Part shown: positions 1-13,305 of the stretch, piece after piece
How positions within the stretch are numbered: position 1 is the first letter of the stretch
How the letters are laid out: each line of letters opens with the position of its first letter
Program-made: the position numbers and the translations under genes
The notes under the pieces: generated by a model
Seen by the model: only the letters and a program-made list of their open reading frames with translations
Database searches by the model: none
Told to the model about the DNA's origin: nothing
Source: Takakia lepidozioides
Taxonomy: Eukaryota > Plantae > Bryophyta
Reading direction: 5' to 3'
Length of the DNA stretch: 64,000 bases
NCBI GenBank assembly: GCA_030704615.1
Contig: CM060732.1
Span: 70,308,001-70,372,000 of the forward strand

Positions 1-2400
1 TCTTCCTATCCTTTGAGTCAGTCTAGAACAGAAAGAATGGCAGGGGCTGGGGGCTTACCTTAGAGAAAGGAGAACCCGCCTCGTGGGAGGCATCTGGCGG
101 GGGGGCCAGGTGAGGGGAAGCCGATGGTATGGAGAAAGAGCCAATTGCCGCTTGAACTTCTTGGATGGAAGGGAGGAGATTGGCTGACCTCCGATTGTCT
201 TCTGCAGATTGGCTCTCAATTTGGCTCATTTGGCCCAGGGGCTCCTGTCGGGGTGGGGCCACCTTATCTTTTGCCAGTGTTTGCACCCCAAGGGAGCCAC
301 TTGAGGAAGATGATTAAGAGGGAATCCCTCTGAGGTGATCTCTTGTCCTCTGCAGATCATCTTGGTGGTTAATATCTGTCAAACGTTGGTCCAACAGCCT
401 GGAGAGAAGGGTAAAGGCATTTGATAGCACATCCTTTGCCCTGATGTGGGCTGGCTGCGTGCCCCAAGGTTTCCCCAAACAGTCCTCCCTGATCCACCAT
501 GACTTGCCTGGGGGGGTGTGGTAGATGTCTGCATCCTCCATTAGTGCCAGCACCTGGGTGTTAGGCCTGCAGTTCAAATAAGGGTGTTCTTCCACATACG
601 CCCCCCAGGTGATGGACGAGGATGGAGAAATGAGATAGCACGGTAGATGATTGGCAACAAAATCTTGTATTTTAGCCATGAGCATGCACTGAGGCTGCTG
701 TTGGGGGGACACTTTTCAATGAAACCTAACACGTCCTGATTGGTGATCCACAGTGATTCCAGATCATGCCTATCTTCAAATGTAATGAGAATTGAGGCCG
801 GGGGGCCTATTTTGAAGACGATGGGGGTAACACAAGAGGCTTTGGGAGCCTCGTTGGTGGACAAGGCTGAGCATCCTGGCAGCACCAGGTCTTGGAATGA
901 TTGAATGGATTTTAGAACAATGGCCACCATCGGACTGCCTGCAATTGCTGAAGGAGAGAGCTTCATAGATGGGTCCGCCTCTTGGGAGAAAGGAGCTGCG
1001 AGAGGTGGAGGGGGATTGGAGGCCTGCGCTGTGACGAGAGGGGGATCCTTATGGGCGAAAGGAGGGGCAGACAGTGAGCAGCTAGCCTCTAGATGCATAG
1101 GATCCAAGGGTCTTTTTGTTTTTTGGCAATGTGTACTAGACTAAACTGCAGAAGATCAGCAGATAGAGATGGGCTTGGAGATAGCAGAGAGTGCGAGGGG
1201 AAGGGGGGGCTAGCTAGAAGAGGAGGGGGGGGGGGGGGAAGAGAGAGAGGTAGGATGGAACTGAGAAGAGGCGCGCGGGTTAGCCGCAGGCCCTACAATA
1301 GGGGACCTTTTCCTCTTACTAAAAGGGCAATTTACCTTAATGTGTCCATGCTTCCCACAGCCAAAGCATGTTGAGTAAGATACATCTTCAATCAACCGAA
1401 TTGTGAAGTAGTTCCCTTCAGTATCGATTGGCAGTCTCACATAGTCCGGCAGCACTGCTTCATAAGGCATCATCAGCACCATTTTAGGACAACCATCTTC
1501 ATTCATTTTTGTTGCGATGGTGGCCGATTTCCATGATGGCAATGTCCTGAGGACGTCTGTGTTCATGAGAGGATCAAATACCCCCAGACAGCCCAAGTAC
1601 TCTCCAAAATGGTTGGCAATGTCTGGTAGATTTGCCAGGTACTGATCTGGGATAAAAGGTATAGAAACAACTCTAGGTCCCCACAACTTGTCGTTCTTGT
1701 TGCCCCAACTTAGAGGACCAAGGGAAGATATTTACGTTAAATCCCTTCTGATGCGGGTTGAATTGCAGAGCCTTAGCTGCCGCAGCCGCCGATTCAAACA
1801 TCACGCGATGGAACATAGAATTCGGCGCCATGGCACGCAACACAGAGAGAGGTGCCGGGGAAGGATCGGGGACTCTAAGAGAGGTAGTAACGACTGAACT
1901 GCAAACAGCTAGAGAGGAGAAAGCAGAAAGGCAATTAAGGTAGCCAGATTGAGCACCGAGAGCTAGACTAGAAAATAAGAAGCAGTCAGACTGAATAAGG
2001 AGAATTAAACAGGCAATGCAGACTCTCAAATAGTTCTACTGCGGAAATTAACAGGGAAGCCGAGAGGATCTGGAGCTAGGATGAACACAAGGCCACTAAC
2101 TACCTCGTAGCGAGAGCCTGGGGGGGAGAAGCGCTAAGCATTGGCTCCGAGTGGAGTGACAGAGACAGCTCGAAACGCACTGAAGACTCTCTGATGGATC
2201 TACTGCGGAAATTAACAGGGAAGCCGAGTGGATCTGGAGCCTGTATGAACACAAGGCCAGTAACTACCTCGTAGCGAAAGCCCGGGGTAATGAAGCGCTT
2301 AGAGTAGCTCCAAATGGAGTGAAAGAGACAGCTCAAAACGTCATTAATATCAGCCAGCAGCTGAGAGGGGGGAAGCAAAGTTAAGGGGCTGACGCGACGG
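1..2400 (-). mobile_element. Degenerate L1-like non-LTR retrotransposon, 5' region/ORF1 (gag-like with zinc knuckle)
   Basis: ORF 1210..1686 ends in CFGCGKHGHIKVNC (CX2CX4HX4C) and is preceded by frameshifted ORF 1673..2029. No RT is visible in the window; it would lie beyond the left edge. Confidence 0.55.
2036..2345. repeat. Two ~164-bp tandem monomers in the putative LINE 5' UTR
   Basis: CTACTGCGGAAATTAACAGGGAAGCCGAG.GGATCTGGAGC... starts at 2036 and again at 2200. Confidence 0.85.
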
Positions 2401-4019
2401 AACACGCACGAAACGATGAATGAGACAGGACAGGTATAGGATGAACCGATGGGATGTCGAGGTAGTCACCAAAAGATCAGCGAAAAAGGCTTAAATGTAT
2501 TTAGAAAATCATACAAACCATGTGTTTAAAGCTTGGACTCCATTTGCTTCCGGGGAGGCCCTGCTTCAGCTGACGATCAGTAGAGAGATACGAGATAGAC
2601 GAAGCGACCGTTGGGCCTTGCTCTCACCGCGAAACGCGGAGCCCCCATCCTTCCGCTCCTTCGATCCTTTCCCCATTATTTTAATTAATTCTGAACTTTT
2701 GGCTTAAATCCGGACTAAACTTAATATATATTTGAATTAAAATTAATTGAAATATTAATAATATCATGGTGTAATGTGTGATTGAACTTTGTGAAATTAC
2801 AGGTGATGTCATACTTGTTTCAAAATGTGTCATATAAAAGGTCCATTTGACATTGAAGTGCTTAATGTCAAGTAGCAGTATTGAACAATTCATTGAACGT
2901 CCACTTGGAAGTGGAATAATGTAATATTCCATTGCAGGATCACGATAAACAAATGGGTCGCATCGAACATGGGCCAAACTCCTACTCTACTCGATACAAC
3001 TTGCTAGTAATGTTATTGATTGAATCTTCATATCAAGCACAATGTTCACATACCACGCCATTGGAATGAATCATGTTTTGGATGTGACAAAGGCAGTAAA
3101 ATATTAGAATAGCATGAAACATTCGGAAGAGGTACTAGGGTAGTACAATAAGGTTTGGGGTGTAACTAGAGAGAAGTGCAATAAGGTTTGGGTTTACAGT
3201 AAGGGTTTAGGGTTTGGATTTAGGGTACAAAAAGACAAACAAATATGATGGACTCACATTCGGTAGAATTAAGAAATGGTTGAGGAATTTGATATCCCTG
3301 TAATCATTCTATCATACCTTATCCAACAAAAGAAAATATTAAAAGAGCATGAAACATTGAGAAGAGGTAATATGGTATTACAATAAGGTTTGGAGCGTAA
3401 CTAGGGTAGTACATTAAAGTTATTGGTTTATGGTAAAATTAATGGTTGAGGGGTGATGGTAAAGGTAGGGTTTTCGGTTTGGGTTTAAGGTACAAATGGA
3501 CAAACAAATATGGAAGACTCACACTCGCTAGAACTTGGTGTGTGTTAGTAGGATAAAAAATAAAAATAAAAATAGAGAAACAAATATTATGGAAGAGTCA
3601 TTGGGCCGGAGAAGTATTTAGATTGAGGATTCGTCCTTGGAATCTGATATTAAGATACATATGGTTATGGTATGGATACTTCATTCCCATTTGCAGGGGA
3701 AGGGTAAGGGTTTAGACGTAACAATGGCGTAGGGTTTTGTTTAGGGTTTCCGACGAGGGTTTAGGGTTGGGTTGAAGGCAGAAATGGTGAGCATACATGC
3801 CGGAAAACTCGCACTCGCTACAACTTAGTGACTCGCTACAACTTAGTGTGTGTTAGTAGGGTGAACAACGGAAAAGGACATGTGAAATTCCCTCTTAAAC
3901 CAGGGCCAAAGATGAGAAGTATGAAAATAAAATGAAATGAAAATTTGGTGCAGAAAAGTCATAGAGCTTAGAGGGAAAATGGAAGGGGTTTAAGAGCATC
4001 CAAACATCTCGATTTACCT

Positions 4020-6093
4020 CTAAAAAGTGATTCGAAAAACGACTCGTTTTGAAGTCGGTAATAAAAAAATGTTCAGGCTGGACTCGCAACAAGTTGGCTT
4101 CTCCAGCTGGCGCAGACAACGTGCCAAAGAACCAATTGTAAAGTTTGAATTTCCCTTCCAGAACTCAAGAGAATACTGACCGTAAGCTCCATCACCGTGT
4201 CTGTGCGTGACCATTCCCGTTAGTGAAACTGGAAGCTGACCCAATCCAGAAATCATCTTGATTGGAGTCTGGAACCTTGGTATAGGTGTTTTCCTATGAT
4301 CCATTTTGTCGTGAATAATACAGAGAAACTCCTCCGGAATCATAACAGACTCATTCCTCCAGCTATGGTGCAGTCTTCTACACGACTTTTTGGTGCCTCA
4401 AATGTTTATCAAACGCTCGTTTGTGTGTCACATGTTCCGCACTTCTCTTGACAGATTTTTTGATCAAGTCCTTTAACATCTCACACTCCGTGCACTTTGC
4501 AAATGTGCTCCCAGTTTTACGAACCTCCACGTTAGGAAATATCCGACTCCGGATGCGGCTAACAGTCGACTGCGAGACTCATTTCAACCCGAAAAGCTGT
4601 TCGTCTAGTGTTACAATAAGGAAGGGTCAGGAAGGGAACATCCACTGGACAGTGGAGGTTCATGAAACTAGAACCACAGTCGAAAGAGACAAATTTGAAG
4701 GGAAGGTCATCCACATTGAATCAGAAAAAACTTCCAGGAATGAAACTGAAGGATGGAGATTCATACCTTGTTGGACTCTTCTCGTATTCGCTTCCAGTTC
4801 ATTTCAAGTGGTAAGACTCTCAAAGTATCCCTCTTTCCCTCCCAATGCATTTGGTCTTATGGGGCACGAGGTCAGTATTTCCGTTGATAATGGACATAAT
4901 GTTACCCTCTGCCTAAAGCATCCGTGGGCGTGGCCTCTTCACTCCACGGTTCCCATAGAGACTTGACAACCAACCCTGTTTACTCAACTTTTTGTACTCC
5001 ATGTATGTGGACCTGCCAATTCCATGAATTGTCTACCACACAATCTCACAAACATCTACACCCTCAATCGTAACGTATGCCCTGCGAGAGGTCCCTTCTA
5101 GCATGTGAAGTCGTTTTGAAACATTTAGTCCATGTTCTCTCATTTCATCGAAAGTGGATCCCCAAAACGAAGTACGGATAGCCAAGGTTTTTCGTCAATC
5201 GAAATATTAACAGCAGTGAAGTCTGCAGCAAGGTTTGCTGCTCACGGACCGGACTTCCTCCAGATTAAGATTCTTGATTCTTTTTTTGGAGTGTTCCAAA
5301 TCTCGATCCCTCTTCTTCCTCGTAAAATGCGGATACGCCGCTTTCTTCACACCTGCCTCGTGATCTTCGTACAAGATACTGTCAGAAGATCTAATAAAAT
5401 TCTCCAGATCATTTGAGAGTAGTCTCCCACTTTCCAAAAGTCGTGTTTTTATTAAAGGTCATTTTACAAGAGACATCAAAGATCCAGATCCTCCAGTAAG
5501 TATTCTGGTGACAAGAACTCCAACATCGTCCTCTCCCAGTTTGTCATTGAGGATCACCTCGTCCGGAATGCAAGCTTGAATCCTCCCCTCGAACAGTGCA
5601 CCCCCATCATCACCCAACAGTACGCACTGCAAGTTTCTCCAGTTGTTTCTTCCAAGTCCTCCGCTCGGATTCTCGGAACTCTTCGATGGTTTGTGGTTTG
5701 ATTCATCCTCGTCGATGTCAGAAATTTTGGCAGTATACCTTGTCTCCGGCATAAAATCAGGATTCATGTCATGCCCTCATTGATACTCGTTATTCTCCGC
5801 ATGAACTTCGCCAACATTCCATACCACCGGGGTCCCAATGGCCTCCTTCAAGGTGTCAGCATTGATATGTCTATAAGGAAGAGTACATAATGAGTGTGCT
5901 TCATCATATGAGATGAGAACCATTGAAATGGTTGAGGAAGATAATTGGTGTCCATGACAGTCCCAACCCCGGAGACATTAAGGCAATCCCCAGTTGCTAC
6001 TGGAGATGAAGACCCGGGAAGAGTAAGAAACACTCTTTGACCCGTCTCTAAGCTCATGATCATCGAAACCTCCACTGCACACGCGAGGTTCAA
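4020..6093 (-). pseudogene. Transposase-like pseudogene (DUF7869-like, Cys-rich N-terminus) of element 1; 3' truncated
   Basis: Fragments include KPCCRLHCC, VCEIVW.TIHGI, FAKCTECEMLKDL and FLCIIHDKMDHRKTPIPRF...LTGMVTH...SNFTIGSL. Predicted GT-AG intron 4766-4605. Many stops; the C-terminal catalytic part is not seen. Confidence 0.55.
4636..4661. repeat. Element-1 palindrome copy (GAACaTCCACTG-GA-CAGTGGAGGTTC), intronic
   Basis: Read directly from the sequence; inside predicted intron 4605-4766. Other copies at 6067-6090 (degenerate), 7214-7237, 17084-17109, 18030-18054, 24558-24583 and 27077-27102. Confidence 0.85.
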
Positions 6094-6259
6094 GAAACTG
6101 AAAACCCCTCCGTAACAACCTTACTCACAAAAGTTTTCAGTATGAGTTAAAATTCTATTCAGAGATGAATCAATACAAAAAAAGAAATACCCTCGCGTAA
6201 GAACGTTTCAGCCTTGTCATATCACGTTGGGAATATTGAGACACCTGATACATCTGGGG

Positions 6260-7130
6260 TTGCTTTGGCAGCACAGGTGGCTGATCTTTTGACCAAATAT
6301 GGCCTCAAATCCCGGGTTATTGCATTTGTAAAAGATGAGGGAAGTAATCTTGGCACTTTGACATGAGCTCTAACATCAGTGGTGTCTTGTGAGTTGTTGG
6401 GCTTGGATGGGCCATTCATAGGTGTGTGTGTTTTGGATATGCAATGTCCAAATGTTGTCAATATGCAACAAATGACGCCAAGGTATGTAATGACATGACA
6501 ACAATCTCCATCAAGGATGCACAGTCTGAGTTGCAAAAGACTATCACATGGACAAAAAAAAGGCGGCAAAGGGAGACAAGAATGGACAAGGGCTTGCCTC
6601 AATAGTGGGATGCAGCCTCGCAAACTCAAGACACCAGTAAAGACACGGTTTGGTTCAAATGTACTACTCTTCCAAGAGACTTTGGAATTCAAACAAACAA
6701 TCATAACTTGTTATTCACGTCAGAGTTCTATGACACTTCAGTCTCGTGTGCCAACGCCATAAGTTTGGGCAATAGCACAGTGTGTCTCTTCAACGCTTGG
6801 GCCAGTGCTTCATGAATGTGTGTTGAATCAATCACGTGGGTATTAGTTATTATCTGATGCTCTTGCGGGAGCAATTACTCTGGCAACACGATTCCGAGGT
6901 TGCATTCATCCTAAAGGAGGCAATGCGGGTGAGTGCATGGGTGAGATTGAGACAGAACTAACATTGTTGGAATGGCGGATGAAGAAAGAGGTGGTGGGAG
7001 TGTTGGAGCCATTTTTGTCTTTTATGGAAACCTACCAGACACATAGAGCTCACAACATGCTTTGCCTCATGCTTGATCCTCTGTTCAAAAAGTTGTCATT
7101 GCTGGCTCAGTATGTTGGAAAAGACCACAG
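6260..7130 (+). pseudogene. hAT-family transposase fragment
   Basis: VIAFVKDEGSNL, KLKTPVKTRF and HNMLCLMLDPLFK (LDPRFK-like) occur in broken frames. Confidence 0.7.
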
Positions 7131-7590
7131 GATGCAGATGCAGAGAAGTAGAATAGAAATGAAATTACTATTTGGTCTGGAACATGTAATGTGAAGATGG
7201 AGTCTAATTATATAACCTCCACTGTTCAGTGGAGGTTGGATGAGATACAAATGAAAAAAGTCGGACGGATGAATACTAGTGGATGAATATGGTTACGTGG
7301 ATGAATAATTGTAATGACGGATGAATGTGAGCATTGACGCGACTGTCCGGTGGAGGTCCACGACTTGAGGGATGACAAAATACAAAAATTGGAGAAATGG
7401 ACAAATACAGCGAAATGAGAGTATTGGACTGTAATTTCTAAATGTGCAGATGAGAAATAAGTAGATTTTCCTGTAGACTATCAAAAAGACACAGATGTCA
7501 TAACATTTCCTACGGGAGAAAAATCCAGTTCACACGAGAGATTATGGAAATTCAGAGAGGTACACATGCGATGGCCACAGAGGTACATGA

Positions 7591-8292
7591 TGTCGCGCAC
7601 CTCACTTCGGTAAGCTCCCCTTCAAGTCATAGTTGCTAGCTTGATGCGCGCGCCTAACTCCCAACCTGGCCGCCGGACCAACTTGGAGCTTCGGCTGCTC
7701 ACCAGGGCATAACGGTCCCCCTTTGATCTCCCAAAGAACCCTCCATTGATTTGGAACCAGCGGGAATTCCATTTGGTAGTTGGCAGTCCGGAACAGCTCC
7801 CCACTCTTTGGTCGCTTTCCGGCTCGCTCGCTTACTCACTAGTTTTGGTCACCAACGGGCTTGCACCGTTCTCGGGGTTACTACTCCCCCCTATATATAC
7901 TTCTGTAGCTGTCCGCGGGGGTTTCACAACCAGCCATGCTATTTTATGGCGAACCACCACGAAAACCCTTGACTCCCGGTGATGAGTCGCGGTGAGTCTT
8001 GGCCCACTCACCACGGCCCCTATGGACCGTGATGAGTCCCAAGACTCCCCACGACTCCCACCACGAGGTCTCCGCCCCCATGGTGAGTCCTATGCCACCA
8101 CCCCTTGTGGAGCCACCCCCACCGCAACCCGGTGTGCGGGGCTCCACCTAGTGAGCGCATCCGCCTCCTTGAGTGCCTTGGGCACTCAAGGGTGCTTCAG
8201 CCCCCCCATACCTATCGCTGCTGCTGCCCCCACCACAGGGGCAGCCCCTCATGTGTCCCGACCCCCTGCCCTCAAGGCAAAGGGCCGCGACA
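7591..8292 (-). repeat. 3' LTR of the chromovirus
   Basis: TGTCGCGCAC...GGCCGCGACA; near-identical to 14499-15227 apart from a short internal indel. Confidence 0.95.
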
Positions 8293-9197
8293 CACACCCC
8301 TACCAACAGGGAGTCGATGTCCTCATCGACTTGTCCATTTTGTAGAAACGAACATCCAAGTTGTGGCGTCCCACATCAAGGAGTTTGTTTCCGTACCATG
8401 GGTCCCATGGCAAAGAACCAAACCCCACACTTGACTCTACTCTCCACTAGCTAGTTTGGCCGACTTCCTCCAAGTCCCGGCCAGGGGTGGAGCCTCTCAA
8501 GCTCCTCCCAGTGCACTCTTCTTGGCCTTCTTCAAGGTCAAGGGATGATCCTCCCCGAGGATCGAATCGCCTTACTGCAACAACATTGCTTGCGATTGCT
8601 CCTGATGCCGCTTTTGGCATCACTTTGCGCAAGGGTTCACCTCGAACCCCCTTTGACTAGGAAGATAACCTTGAACCAACCGTGCGCCCCAATCACTACA
8701 ATTGGGTCCGTCTTGGAATGCTGGCCTGAGGTACAGGAACACGTCGAAGCCGCACTACGACTTCATCCCGAGGCTACACGATTATAGTACGTGAACAGAA
8801 GCACATAGCTTCCGCGTTAGCCCGCACTACAAGGCAACCACCTCGGTAGCGCAGTTATAGTACGCGCACGCGCTAGGTGCGCACTAGCACGTGAACTCCC
8901 AAAGAAGGCGCATGTTTCCTTGCCCCTTGGATGGGAGTCACCCGATTTCGGCACTGCGCAAACACACGATTAACCCAATTTACCTCTCCCACTTTTGTAA
9001 GCTAGCATGCATTCTACACACTAGCCAACCACACCATGCATCACCATTCCAAACAAAATATGACACACAACATTTGGAACCCATTTCCTTTATAACAAAT
9101 TTTTGTACAATACAAGTTTATGCAATCGGATTCCTGAGCTAGCTAAGCCGGGCTAAGCATGCATTTCCTCCCCCACGCTCCAAGGTTGATGTCCCCA

Positions 9198-12100
9198 TCA
9201 ACACTTCTTCCGCTTTTGAGGTCGCCCTTCGAAAGCTGCAACTGCCTCGGATGCGTTTCCCATTTCTGAGGCACGCACCCAAGATGCCTCCACATGATGA
9301 TAGCCCTTCCATTTGACGAGATACTCCGTTTCTCGGTTCTTGAACCTCCTCAACTTAAGTACTGCCTCCACCTCGTACTCAGGTTCATTTTCATGATCCA
9401 ACAGCACAGGTGGCGGACGCAACACTTGATGCCGATTCGGATGCGCTTCATCTTTAAAGTAAGGCTTCAAAAGGGAGACGTGAAATACTGGATGCACCTT
9501 GCTGTTTGCCGGCAGCTCCAATTCATACACATCCTCATTCATAACCTTCCGGAAGTGAAAGGGTCCCGCATACGGAGGTACGAATTTTGGACTCACTTCC
9601 GGAGGTAGTCGGAAATTCTTGATGTTCAACCAGACCTCCGTGCCTGCCTCAAACTTCACTTCCCTCCGCTTCCGATTCGCCTGCCTTTCATACCGTTTCC
9701 TCGCTTTGGCAATGTTGTATTTTGCGAGCTTCAACAAACGCTCGCGTTCTTCCAGTACCGCCGCTACTGTCGGTTCCTCAACGTTCTGGGCGGCCCAACT
9801 TGTCGGCACCAGAGGTGCTTTTCCATAGACCAATACGAAAAGGAAAACTCCCGTTGCGGAGTGTTCTGTGTTATTATAACAGAACTCTACCGCGTCTAAG
9901 TGTTCCACCCAGTCTGATTGGTCTGCCGACACGTAATTCCGCAAGATCTGCTTCACTACGGAATTCACTCTTTCCGTTTGGCCGTCGGTCGTAGGTCGGA
10001 AGGCGGTGCTCATCTTCAGCCTCGTCCCCATCTTCTTCCAAAGTGTCCTCCAAAATTTACTCGTAAACTTTGGATCGCGGTCCGAGACAATATCCTTCGG
10101 GACTCCATGATGTTTTAAGACGTGGGCGAAGTAAAGTCACCTTGTCTCTTGCGCCGTTGCCGTCTCCTTGGTGGGGATGAAATGGCCCATTTTACTGAAC
10201 CTATCCACCACCACCATGATTGCATCGAATCCTTTTGATAGCGGCATAGCAGCCATGAAATCCATCGAGACGCTTTCCCAAGTCCCCTCTGGAATCGGCA
10301 AGGGTTGCAACAGCCCCGCTTGCTTTTTGTACTCGCTCCGGTTTTGTTGGCATGTGGTGCATGTCTTGACATACTTCTCTGCCTCCTCCCTCAGTTTGGG
10401 CCAGAAATACTCTTTCTTCAAGAGTGCCGCAGTGCGCTTGGCTCCGCCGTGGCCCGCAAGCGGGCTATCATGGCATTCTCTCAAGAGACTATCTCTGCTC
10501 CCTCCCTTCAGCACGTAGAGACGCTTTTGCTTATACCGGAGCAGTCCATTTTGCAAGTGGAATTGCGATTTAACCCCCCTCCTCAAGTCCTGCATCACGG
10601 ACTTCGCCAGCTCATCCTTCTGGTAAGCCTTCCGGATCTTCCTTTGGAGCGCCGTCTCGCCCCTGTACACCAACAAGAGCTGCTGCTTTCTACTTAAAGC
10701 ATCGGCCACCACATTGTCACGTCCCGGTTGGTAATGGATATCCACGTCAAACACCGCCAAAGTATCTTGCCACCTAAGTTGTTTTGGGGACAACTTGGGC
10801 TGCGTGGCAAAATACTTCACCGTAACATTGTCCGTGAGCACCTTCACTGGGTTGGAACCAACATAGTGGCGCCAAAGCTCAAGACAGTGCACCACCGCCT
10901 TCATCTCTTTATCGTGCGTCGGCCACCGTCGCTCCACTTCGTTCAGTTTCTTATTTTCGTAAGCCACTGGACGTCCATCTTACATCAGTACACCCCCAAT
11001 CACAAAGTCCGACGCATCTGTATGAATCTCAAACGGTCGATCGAACTCCGGGATTTTCAAGACTGGAGCTTCCGCCATCCGCTGCTTCAATTCAGCAAAA
11101 GCTTGGCCACACAAGGTGTTCCATACCCAAGGTCTGACAACGGCCCCGCGATCTTGGCGAAATTTCTCACATACTTCCGGTAATAGGAGGCGAGTCCTAG
11201 GAATGATCGCACTCCCGGGACCGAAGTCGGAGGCTCCCAGTCCAAGATCGCCCTCACCTTTCTGTCATCCATTTTGATCCCATCCTGTGTAATCACATGC
11301 CCCAGGAACTCTACTTTTATGACCCCGAATTCGCACTTTGAAGCTTTGGCATACAGCTTCCCTTCCCGCAATTCTGGAACACCCTTTTGAGGTGCTCCAG
11401 GTGCTCCTCCTTTGTTTTCGAATACACCAAGATGTCGTCGATGTACACGATCACAAAGTCATCCAACCACTCCTGGAAAAGGCTGTTCATCAGCGTGCTA
11501 AAGGTCGCGGGTGCATTGGTGAGCCCAAAAGGCATCACCAAGAACTCATATGAACCATACCTTGTCCTGCACGCGGTCTTCTCCTCATCTCCTTCCGCCA
11601 CTCGAATTTGATGATAGCCGGAGCGCAGATCGATCTGGCTGAAATACTTCGCTTTTGCCAACCGATCGAAAAGGTCGTCGATCCTTGGCAAAGGATACCG
11701 GTTTTTGATAGTCACCTTATTCAAAGCCCTGTAATCGACACACATCTGCAGCGTCCCATCCTTCTTATCTGCGAATAGCACCGGGGCTCCGTAAGGTGAC
11801 TTACTCGGCCGGATGTACCCCTTTGACATTAGATCTTTGAGCTGAGTCTTCAGCTCGACCAACTCTCTGTGGCTCAACCGGTAGGGCGCCTTGGCAGGCG
11901 GTTCCGATCCCGGTATCACCTCAATCTTGTGGTCAACTCCTCTTCGCGGTGGCAAGCCGCTTGGTAAATCCTCCGGCATCACATCCTGGTATCTCTCCAA
12001 AATCCCCTTGATCCAATCTGGGCTCGGCTCCCCATCACCTTCTCCTTCACTTCTCTAATGTAAAGCAAAAAGTGGGGCTCGTGTGCCTCCTCCACGGCCC

Positions 12101-12600
12101 ACTCCCTTGCTGACAGAAGGTTTATTCGCCCTCCCACGGGTTTGGGCGTTTCCAACACTCGTAAGACTTCGCCACCATCCCCACATGGTAGCGTGACTAC
12201 TCTTTTGCAGCCATTTATGACCGCTCCGGATTTGCTCAAAAAGGTCATCCCCAAAATGAGATCCACTCCATCGATCTCGCAAATGGTGAAGTTCTCACGT
12301 CCTTCCCATTTCCCCACTTGAAGAGGGACATCGAACGCCAACCTCGTCGCCAATTGCGATTCTCCTTTGGCAGAACGCACCTCAATAGAGGCCCCCACGT
12401 CACTTGTCGGGAGTCCCAGGTTTTGTGCCGTTGCCGGTGTCATGAAGGAGTGCGACGCTCCTGTGTCCACCAACAATGACACGTTAGTTCCGGATATTAT
12501 CCCATCCACGAACAATGACTGACTCCCTTTACGTAAGGCGCCAGTTTCCTGATACAATTCACAAGAAAATTTGTCTACCTTGCAAGTCCTGGCGACCACC
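9198..12600 (-). pseudogene. Gypsy pol (protease, RT, RNase H, integrase, chromodomain), frameshifted
   Basis: LLVDTGASHSF; [11 protein letters not shown]...YIDDILVYS; NVVADALSR; HDSPLAGH...CTTC; DGQTERVN; EYEVEAVL...YLVKWKGY. Confidence 0.93.
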
Positions 12601-12605
12601 GCTTC

Positions 12606-13305
12606 TGTCGCGCACCTTACTTCGGTAAGCTCCCCCCACAAGTCATAGTTACTCGCTTTGATGCGCGCGCCTGACTCCCAACCGGCTGCCGGGCCAACTT
12701 GGAGCTTCGGCTGCTCACCGGGACATAACGGTCCCCCTTTGCTCTCCCGAAAGACCCTCCACCTATTTGGGCCTAGTGGAATTCCCTTTGGTAGATGGCA
12801 GTCCGGAACAGCTCCCCACTCTTTGGTCGTTTTCCGGCTCGCTCGCTTACTCACTAGTTTTTGGTCACCAACGGGTTTGCACCGTTCTCGGGGTTACTAC
12901 TCCCTATATATACTTCTGTAGCTGTCCGCGGGGGTTTCACAACCAGCCATGCCATTTTATGGCGAACCACCACGAAGACCCTCGATTCCCGGTGGTGAGT
13001 CGTGGTGAGTCTTGGCCCGCTCACCACGGCCCCTATGGACCGTGATGAGTCCCAAGACTCCCCACGACTCCCACCACGAGGTCTCCGCCCCCATGGTGAG
13101 TCCTATGCCACCACCCCTTGTGGAGCCACCCCCACCGCAACCCGGTGTGCGGGGCTCCACCTAGTGAGCGCCTCCGCTTCCCTGAGTGCCTTGGGCACTC
13201 AAGGGTGCTTCAGCCCCCCCATACCTATCGCTGCCGCTGCCCCCACCACAGGGGCAGCCCCTCATGTGTCCCGACCCCCTGCCCTCAAGGCAAAGGGCCG
13301 CGACA
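12606..13305 (-). mobile_element. Solo LTR of the same chromovirus family, inserted in gag-pol
   Basis: TGTCGCGCAC...CGCGACA flanked by its own 5-bp TSD GCTTC (12601-12605 and 13306-13310). Confidence 0.92.

Noticed and set aside
3100-3870. Interstitial telomere repeats (GGGTTTAGGGTTT) in a degenerate AT-rich repeat
   Set aside because: Only 1-2 units at a time; telo-box-like motifs are common in plant DNA.
7622-8454. Multiple overlapping ORFs repeated at 12.7, 14.6 and 30.5 kb
   Set aside because: Chance ORFs in GC-rich LTR copies.
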